DNA of 60,501 bases from a virus. Its lineage: Duplodnaviria > Caudoviricetes. The notes under the pieces are model-generated. The model was not told the origin of the DNA and did not search any database. It saw only the letters and a program-made list of their open reading frames with translations. The DNA lies in the IMG/VR virus record IMGVR_UViG_3300027996_000034, positions 1 through 60,501 of that record. One strand, written 5' to 3'. Shown here piece by piece: positions 47,312 through 54,246 of the stretch (position 1 is the stretch's first letter; each line of letters begins with the position of its first letter). The translations under genes were made by a program, and so were the position numbers.

Positions 47312-48052
47312 CTAAGCTTTGATTGCTAAATTTAATGCAATTTTAGTGCTTGAGTCAACTGAATCCATTACGAGTTTATTTTGACATACTGAAATTTCAT
47401 ATGATTCTTTATCAATTCTAGAAAAGAATGATTTGAAAAGGTTAATTTCTGGATGGTCTGATTCGCTAGAATCATCTACAACAATATCATATGTATCACC
47501 AGCAATATGAACACCTTTATTATCTGAATATATCTTGAACAATTCATTTTTATCTAATGTTATTAGATTATTTAGTTTTGTTAGTAATTCATTTGAAAGG
47601 TGGAAGTTAAAAACTTCACCATCGGTTCCGAATGCTGCATCTATTTGAACGTCAGACATTGTGGTAAACCCTAAAGAAACATCCGCACAATGCAAAGTTA
47701 TTTGTAATGATTGGTCATTAATAACCATTTTCTCTGCAAAAAACTCTCCGGCATCTTCATAATAATGTAGTTCTCCACATAATTGGTGAGGATCAAAATA
47801 CTTTAAGCAATCTATTAATTTCTGACCACCAAAAAATGATATTTTAATGTTAGGAATTTCCTTTTCATCGAATTCAAATACGGAGTCTGTTGGTATCTGA
47901 GTAACTTTCGCAACATCTTTAGATGGAATGAACGAGTTAGAATATAATCGATCTCCAGATAAGTTTAAATAAATAGCTGAATCCATTAACAGCAATTTCT
48001 TAACCATAGTTGATAATGGTCCTGGATGAATTTTTGAAATAGTTAAATGCAT
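47312..48052 (-). CDS. Probable sliding clamp (gp45-like)
   Basis: 246 aa acidic two-domain alpha/beta pattern, adjacent to the polymerase; no strong motif. Confidence 0.55.
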   Translation of the reverse strand: MHLTISKIHPGPLSTMVKKLLLMDSAIYLNLSGDRLYSNSFIPSKDVAKVTQIPTDSVFEFDEKEIPNIKISFFGGQKLIDCLKYFDPHQLCGELHYYEDAGEFFAEKMVINDQSLQITLHCADVSLGFTTMSDVQIDAAFGTDGEVFNFHLSNELLTKLNNLITLDKNELFKIYSDNKGVHIAGDTYDIVVDDSSESDHPEINLFKSFFSRIDKESYEISVCQNKLVMDSVDSSTKIALNLAIKA

Positions 48053-48064
48053 ATGTTTTTATTT

Positions 48065-48096
48065 ATTATATGCATTTATTCGAAAGAAGTTTCAAA
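48065..48096 (-). repeat. 32-nt direct repeat / middle promoter, copy downstream of the cassette
   Basis: ATTATATGCATTTATTCGAAAGAAGTTTCAAA, identical to 50226..50257. Confidence 0.9.
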
Positions 48097-48098
48097 AG

Positions 48099-49118
48099 TT
48101 ATTCACTCTGAATTTTCAACGATGCTTTATGGATTGACTCATACATTGATTCAACCAATTCTTCAGTTAAGCCATGTTCTTTACCTTGTGCTATTCGACT
48201 TGTAAGGATTTGATTCCATCGATTCATCTGTAAAGGTAAGATGTTGTTATCTGATTTGTATGTTCCAATTTGTTTAGCAACTTGCATTCTTTCTGAAAGT
48301 GTACTTATCAATAATGAATCTAACTCATCGACTTTTCTTCTGTAGGGTGCAAGACCATCATCTTCAACTTCATGTTTTCCAAATTTTAATCCATCAACAA
48401 GGAATCTATATTGAGTTGGTGTTATTTGTTGTTCAGCATCAGTTATTGCATCTTCTGGATTTGAATGAACCTCAACCATCATACCATCAGCACCGAAATT
48501 TATTCCGCGTTGCGTGACGTGTTGAATTAACATTGGATTTCCAGCAATATGTGAAGGATCAATTAACATAGGAATGTTAGGCATCTTTCTTTTGAATGCA
48601 ACTGGAACGTGCCATCCAGGCATATTTCTATATTTTGTTTTTTCGAATGTTGAGAAACCTCTGTGAATTGCACCGATGTTTTTAACGCCTTTTGCCTGTA
48701 ACCTTTCAATTGCACCAATCCAAAGTGATAAGTCAGGATTCATTGGGTTCTTTACATAAATTGGAATGTCAGTACCTTCAAGTTCTTCAGCTATAGCTTG
48801 CATACTAAATGGATTTCCACTTGTTCTAGCACCAATCCATAACATATCAACTCCATGTCCAATAGCTAATTTTATATGAGCTGGTTCTGCAACTTCACAA
48901 CAGATTTTGAATCCGAATTTTTCTTTGACATCTTGAAGCCATTTTAAAGCATCTTCACCATGTCCTTCGAATGCACCTGGATTAGTTCTCGGTTTCCATA
49001 CTCCTGCTCGGAAATAATCTATTTTGATATTTTGTTTCGATAACCCAAGAGCAACTTTCATAAGTTGCTCTTTAGATTCAGCTGAACAAGGTCCAGCAAT
49101 ATGTGTGAATTCTGTCAT
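48099..49118 (-). CDS. Bifunctional DAHP synthase (I-beta) / chorismate mutase (AroQ-type, C-terminal)
   Basis: IAGPCSAES, RAGVWKPRT, WIGART, VKNP, IHRGF, DPSHIAG, MVEVH, DAEQQ; C-terminal RRKVDELD..LSERM..IGTYK..IHKAS. Confidence 0.93.
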   Translation of the reverse strand: MTEFTHIAGPCSAESKEQLMKVALGLSKQNIKIDYFRAGVWKPRTNPGAFEGHGEDALKWLQDVKEKFGFKICCEVAEPAHIKLAIGHGVDMLWIGARTSGNPFSMQAIAEELEGTDIPIYVKNPMNPDLSLWIGAIERLQAKGVKNIGAIHRGFSTFEKTKYRNMPGWHVPVAFKRKMPNIPMLIDPSHIAGNPMLIQHVTQRGINFGADGMMVEVHSNPEDAITDAEQQITPTQYRFLVDGLKFGKHEVEDDGLAPYRRKVDELDSLLISTLSERMQVAKQIGTYKSDNNILPLQMNRWNQILTSRIAQGKEHGLTEELVESMYESIHKASLKIQSE

Positions 49119-50179
49119 TACGCTTTAGGTTTTAAGTAAGATTCTAATCTGTTTTCTAAGAATGCGTATTCAAAGTCAAGATCTTTCATTTCAGGATTTT
49201 CATATTCTTTAATAAAGTCAGTTCCATATCCAGCGATATCAATATCATATTTAGGATCCATGAAACTTGTTTTACCTTTTGCAACTCTAGCGATGTTTTT
49301 AACATCAGCCCATAGTTCAAGTAAATTACCTTCGAACTTTTGAGATAAGTAAGTTTCAACAATCCATAAGATGTAAGGTGTTGGATGTGTTCTTCCTGTT
49401 ACTTTGAATTTTTTGATTCCATGAACTTCATTATAGTAAGCCATAGATTGTGGAGCAATAAATCTTGAACGAGTCCATTCAACAGGATTTCCAATGTTTC
49501 TTATTTGTGTACAGATACCCATTGGATATCTTTTGAATTTAGAAGCATCTTTATCAGTTTTACATTGAGCATGTTCGTTGTAACATTGAACTCGATCAGC
49601 ACAATCAGTAATACAATATTCATTAGCAAGTAATTCAGTTTCGATTCCTAATGCATCGCCTTCTTTTTTCAAAAGAGCTAAGGATTCGAAGTTACGATTT
49701 AATGCAACATCCAAACAAACTTTATTGATGTTTGGGTTTCTTCGTTTTAATTCTCTTAATTGATAAGGAGTATTTGCACGATAAATTGTAGAGATCTCAA
49801 CTGGAATATCAGAATATTCAGCAATTATTTCCATTGACAAAGGATGTGCTACTGTTAATCTTCCAATTCCAATTCGTTTAAGATATGCTAGAGTTTCTTT
49901 GACATGTTCAATATCAATTTTAGCTTTATCAACGATTGGAGTATTGTCTGTGTAGTTAACGAGAATTCCTGCTTCATTGTAATCTTTTACTGATTGTTCG
50001 AAAGATTCTAGTGAAACATCTGGAACTCTAAAGTCAGGACGAGCAGATCCAAAGATTTTGATTTTTCTGATAGAGCCGTATACTTCATGTACTTGGACTT
50101 CAGAATATTTTTCGTTCAATTCCTTAAATTTTGAAGGAAGAACTGGATCATAGTTTGATCCGACCATTAGTTCGATCAT
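49118..50179 (-). CDS. Peptidase U32-family protein (putative Fe-S hydroxylase)
   Basis: TIM-barrel pattern LTVAHP..VEIST..LNRNF..ELLANEYCITDCADRVQC..C..FIAPQ..GIKKFKVTGR (cf. U32 KIEGR). Confidence 0.75.
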   Translation of the reverse strand: MIELMVGSNYDPVLPSKFKELNEKYSEVQVHEVYGSIRKIKIFGSARPDFRVPDVSLESFEQSVKDYNEAGILVNYTDNTPIVDKAKIDIEHVKETLAYLKRIGIGRLTVAHPLSMEIIAEYSDIPVEISTIYRANTPYQLRELKRRNPNINKVCLDVALNRNFESLALLKKEGDALGIETELLANEYCITDCADRVQCYNEHAQCKTDKDASKFKRYPMGICTQIRNIGNPVEWTRSRFIAPQSMAYYNEVHGIKKFKVTGRTHPTPYILWIVETYLSQKFEGNLLELWADVKNIARVAKGKTSFMDPKYDIDIAGYGTDFIKEYENPEMKDLDFEYAFLENRLESYLKPKA

Positions 50180-50225
50180 AGATATTATTTTAAGTGTTAA
50201 AGAGTTATTTTAAAAACTTATAATG

Positions 50226-50257
50226 ATTATATGCATTTATTCGAAAGAAGTTTCAAA
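50226..50257 (-). repeat. 32-nt direct repeat / middle promoter, copy upstream of the cassette
   Basis: Identical to 48065..48096; contains TGAAAC-N16-CATATAAT. Confidence 0.9.
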
Positions 50258-50260
50258 GTT

Positions 50261-52123
50261 TTAATTGATTTCGCATGCTCCTCCAGCACAAGCCAATTCT
50301 CCAGAAAGATTAGTATTATCATCGATTTCTACTATATCTTCAAGATCAACTTGCTTTAATGATTCCAACATATGTTCATAAACATCCTTAGTAATATCTT
50401 CAAACGGTGTTTGTTTATATTCAGCACCATCATATGGTAGAACTGATAAACCGTTATAATATTCTCGGTTATTCCACATCCATTCTCCAATTTCTGGCCA
50501 TTCTTCCCATTTTAATGAAATTGTTGCAGAGACATTATGTGTATTAGAACCTTTTCTATGTCCAGATTTTACCCATTCTTTTGATATCTTTTTAACTCGT
50601 TCTAATAAGTCTATTGGCTTTTCTGTTCTAAGAATAGAACCTGCAGGTGCTTTTTGTGGAACTTCTATTACCGCGGTATCCAATGGTCTATAATAATCAT
50701 CTTCTACTAATGTCGGATGTTGATTTGCAAGGTAATGATATATTGATTCATTTTTACCAACACGCAGTCGTCTAATATAATAATCGTTATGCCATGCATG
50801 TATTCCAGAAGATGTTCCTAAAGTTAAAGATGTTGTTCCGGCCGGTTTCACGGTTGTGCACCTTGCTGCGGAATTAATTCCAATAAGTTTAGCCACTCTA
50901 GCATTTTCTCTTTTTACTTTATCTGCAGCTTGTTTAAGATCATATTTTAAAACAACCCCACTACCAATACCGGTCATAGATACACCTATTAATGCTTCCC
51001 TTTCTGTGGTATCGTTCCATATTTCTCGAAGATAATGAAAGTCAGTATAACCTGCTTGAAGCGTTCCTATAAATGCGGCTGCTTTTACTCGTTCATTTAA
51101 ATCTTCCTGCGATTCAATATCACTTGCATTAACTTCGCAAAGATTGCAAAATTGATAAGGTCTTAGAGCGATTTCACAGCATGGGTTGGTTCCCCAATCT
51201 TTGTCGTTATTGAAATAAATTCCAGGCTCACCGGATCCGCTATATTGTACACGTTCCCATAATTCCATAAAGAATTCTTTTGTGATTTTATGTCTCATTA
51301 AACATGCAGAATTGTTTGCTCTTGCTCGTTGGCCGTTTAATTCCCACCAGTCACCAGCTTTACATTGGATCATTTGTAAATCATCCGCGCTAAATAAACT
51401 AATAAGTGCAGCCCTTCGAATTCCACCAGCTAAAACCGCATCAGCAATATGACAAACAATATCGTGAGTTTCGATTGTTGTAAGTTGATCTCCATCAATT
51501 TTAGATTCAAGTAATCCTTTAATTTTAACTAAACATTCTTTTAACGGTTGTGGGCCAGGAGCTTTGCCGCCTGAAGTTACAAGTTGTGCACCTTTAGGTC
51601 TAATATCTGAATAATCAAAACTAATTCTAGATGATCGTCTATCACCTAAATATGATTTCATTAAAACTTTTATTGCATCAGCCCATCCTTCAATAGAATC
51701 GCCGATTAAAAACCTCCGTTGTCTTTTAGAATATGGTTTGTTTATTTGTGGTAATTTTATTACATGATGTTTCTGAACAGAATATCCAACACCAGTTCCA
51801 CCTAATAATAAGAACATTGTCTCGCTAAACGAATCAACACTATCTATTGGTAGATAAGCACAGTTATAAACTCGATTCGGTGATATTTCAATAGGTTTGC
51901 CACCGAATTGAAGACTTCTCATTGATGGCAAAACTTTTTTATCATATACAAATTTATAGTTCTCTTCTATCTGTTCAGTTAAATCCGGATACCGCTTTAT
52001 ATGCATTTTTTTATTTCTAGTAACTAATTCTTCCCACGTTTCACGTCGATTAAGTTCTGTCAAATATTTTGCATATTTCATATGTACCGTGATGTCTGAT
52101 AAAATCTGATTAGATATCTCCAT
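50261..52123 (-). CDS. nrdJ: Class II (adenosylcobalamin-dependent) ribonucleotide reductase
   Basis: LPSMRSL, NCAY, GGIRRAALI, TNPCCEI, CNL, VKPAGT, C-terminal CAGGAC; no beta subunit gene nearby. Confidence 0.88.
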   Translation of the reverse strand: MEISNQILSDITVHMKYAKYLTELNRRETWEELVTRNKKMHIKRYPDLTEQIEENYKFVYDKKVLPSMRSLQFGGKPIEISPNRVYNCAYLPIDSVDSFSETMFLLLGGTGVGYSVQKHHVIKLPQINKPYSKRQRRFLIGDSIEGWADAIKVLMKSYLGDRRSSRISFDYSDIRPKGAQLVTSGGKAPGPQPLKECLVKIKGLLESKIDGDQLTTIETHDIVCHIADAVLAGGIRRAALISLFSADDLQMIQCKAGDWWELNGQRARANNSACLMRHKITKEFFMELWERVQYSGSGEPGIYFNNDKDWGTNPCCEIALRPYQFCNLCEVNASDIESQEDLNERVKAAAFIGTLQAGYTDFHYLREIWNDTTEREALIGVSMTGIGSGVVLKYDLKQAADKVKRENARVAKLIGINSAARCTTVKPAGTTSLTLGTSSGIHAWHNDYYIRRLRVGKNESIYHYLANQHPTLVEDDYYRPLDTAVIEVPQKAPAGSILRTEKPIDLLERVKKISKEWVKSGHRKGSNTHNVSATISLKWEEWPEIGEWMWNNREYYNGLSVLPYDGAEYKQTPFEDITKDVYEHMLESLKQVDLEDIVEIDDNTNLSGELACAGGACEIN

Positions 52124-52126
52124 AGT

Positions 52127-53509
52127 CTATAATTCTTTTTTTAATTTTTGGATCTCAATTTCAAGATCTAAATGTTTGCGTTTATGTTTTTTCCGTTCTG
52201 TATATAATTCTGTTAAGATTGATTTCATAGCACTTGGTTTTTTATCAAATACTGCTCCAGTAACTGCTACTATTTTAGTTGGGTCTTTTCTATATATTTC
52301 TAATTTTTCTTGGCTATGTTCTTTCTTTATGAAGGATTCAGGAGATATATTTATTTGTCTCATTATTGATGGGTATAGAGAAGCAAAATCAAAACACGCA
52401 GCGCCTTTAAAGAATCCAGTTTCTGGTTCTTTAACATATGCACCTTCATATCCTTGTCTTTCTCCAGGTCTAATAAATTCATCGGCTACGACACAATCTC
52501 TTTCATAATATTTTTTCCAAAGAAATGCTTCAGTAATATTAACTGCAGATGTACATTTGTACATTGATATGTTGCACAATACTGATACTGATAACACCGC
52601 ATTTATTGTTGCAATTTTTTCATGGATTTCTGTTACCAACGCTGAATCAATCGCATTATAGAACACGTATTTGTCATAATCATTCTCGTAGAGTTCCTGT
52701 AAGGTACCATTGTATTTAATCTTATTAATACCTAATACTTGTTTTGCAACGAAATCTAGTGTATTATTTTCTTTAACTGCAACAGTTCTATCAAATTGTC
52801 GATAAATTTGGAGATAGTCCATCATTGCAATATGTAATGGAATCATATCTCGATTAACTTTATTTGATACACTGGCTTTTGCACAATCAATACCAAGTTT
52901 TCTACATCGATTATAAATGTATTTCCAGTCAAATCCTATGAAATTCCATCCAGTTACAAATGCCATGTGTGGTAGCATTTTAGTAATGAATGTGTATAGC
53001 ATATTATATTCATCATCAAAGCAAACATATTTAAAATCCCAATCACCATAATCTTTCATATGGTTTCGAACATCATCAAATATTTTTTTTTGTTCTTCTG
53101 GTGATATTGGCTTCCATCCTAATACAGCAACTTGTTTATTTTGCATTGCAATTGACATACATGTGATTCGTTCTCTAGCAACCTCCGGGTTTGGAAAACC
53201 ATCTATTACCTCAGTCTCAATATCAACCGAATATATTTTTGGAAAGTTTAATGCAGATAATTGTTCAATATCAGAATTGTTATGAATAAACTCATAGATA
53301 GACCATTTGTTTAAATACTTTGCTCGAACTTTTTTAACAGGCTTACCATCCCAATTTCTATATTTAGGATCTTTATCTTTATCTGTTTCCGAACATATCG
53401 CCCAATTCTTTACATCTTCAATTTTATAATCATTTACTTTTACATCACCATTTTCATCGAAGTATGATATTCTTAAATCATTAAATCTACTTTCTATATC
53501 TAATATCAT
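52127..53509 (-). CDS. gp43: Family B DNA polymerase, N-terminal subunit (3'-5' exonuclease + motif A)
   Basis: DIETE, TGWNFIGFD, YNAID, YEGAYV, FDFASLYPSIM. Confidence 0.93.
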   Translation of the reverse strand: MILDIESRFNDLRISYFDENGDVKVNDYKIEDVKNWAICSETDKDKDPKYRNWDGKPVKKVRAKYLNKWSIYEFIHNNSDIEQLSALNFPKIYSVDIETEVIDGFPNPEVARERITCMSIAMQNKQVAVLGWKPISPEEQKKIFDDVRNHMKDYGDWDFKYVCFDDEYNMLYTFITKMLPHMAFVTGWNFIGFDWKYIYNRCRKLGIDCAKASVSNKVNRDMIPLHIAMMDYLQIYRQFDRTVAVKENNTLDFVAKQVLGINKIKYNGTLQELYENDYDKYVFYNAIDSALVTEIHEKIATINAVLSVSVLCNISMYKCTSAVNITEAFLWKKYYERDCVVADEFIRPGERQGYEGAYVKEPETGFFKGAACFDFASLYPSIMRQINISPESFIKKEHSQEKLEIYRKDPTKIVAVTGAVFDKKPSAMKSILTELYTERKKHKRKHLDLEIEIQKLKKEL

Positions 53510-53733
53510 ATGTTTTTTGGTTTAAATATTTCATTAACATTACCACAATCTGCACAACGCATAACCGGTATAGGAATAATTTTATCTTTAACTGCACCGG
53601 TTAATAGTTTTGAAGCTTTTCTAATAATGTACGCTTCAACGAAATATTCAGATTCACACTCTTCATTTTCACATTTTACTTCGGTAGTTGTAGCAATATC
53701 TATTTTAGGCCCACCATTCATTGTATTTTTCAT
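53506..53733 (-). CDS. Small zinc-ribbon protein
   Basis: CENEEC..CADCG. Confidence 0.7.
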   Translation of the reverse strand: MKNTMNGGPKIDIATTTEVKCENEECESEYFVEAYIIRKASKLLTGAVKDKIIPIPVMRCADCGNVNEIFKPKNI

Positions 53734-53738
53734 ATATT

Positions 53739-54182
53739 TTATTTTTCTCCAGTACTTCCAAATCCACCATCACCTCTTTCAGTTTCTTCACCATTCCACA
53801 TATCATCTTCATCTGTAGCTAATTCTACTACATCATAATTTATCGGCATTAATAAGCATTGAACTATTTTATCACCACCTTCGATGGTACACGGATGTGT
53901 TCCAACATTTGTTAGATGTATATGAACTTCGCCTTGATAGTCTTCGTCTATTACACATGCACCAACCTGTAAGTTCTTTTTTAATGCAATTCCGCTTTTG
54001 TTCATTGCAATTAAAACATTATTTTTAGGTACATTTATCTTAAGACCAGAAGGAATAAACACTGATACTTGTGGATCAATTTCGGTTAGAGGATAGTCAT
54101 TTGGTATATAAAGATCTATACCGGCTGATTGGCTGGTACCTCTAGTAGGTGTCTTTACATCTTTAATTTTTAGGAATTTCAT
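53739..54182 (-). CDS. dut: Trimeric dUTPase
   Basis: SAGIDL, KSG, VIDEDYQGE, KIVQ, RGDGGFGSTG. Confidence 0.95.
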   Translation of the reverse strand: MKFLKIKDVKTPTRGTSQSAGIDLYIPNDYPLTEIDPQVSVFIPSGLKINVPKNNVLIAMNKSGIALKKNLQVGACVIDEDYQGEVHIHLTNVGTHPCTIEGGDKIVQCLLMPINYDVVELATDEDDMWNGEETERGDGGFGSTGEK

Positions 54183-54202
54183 TGTACAATATAAGTTTAA
54201 TT

Positions 54203-54232
54203 ATTATATGTACAACTAGACTAGTAGTTTCA
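54203..54232 (-). promoter_or_regulatory. Putative middle promoter TGAAAC-N16-CATATAAT
   Basis: Heads the dut-pol-nrdJ operon. Confidence 0.75.
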
Positions 54233-54246
54233 GTTTAGGTTATACT

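Noticed and set aside
47311-52126. Intron or intein explaining the split polymerase
   Set aside because: The interval contains ordinary genes with their own promoters; no homing endonuclease or splicing motifs recognised
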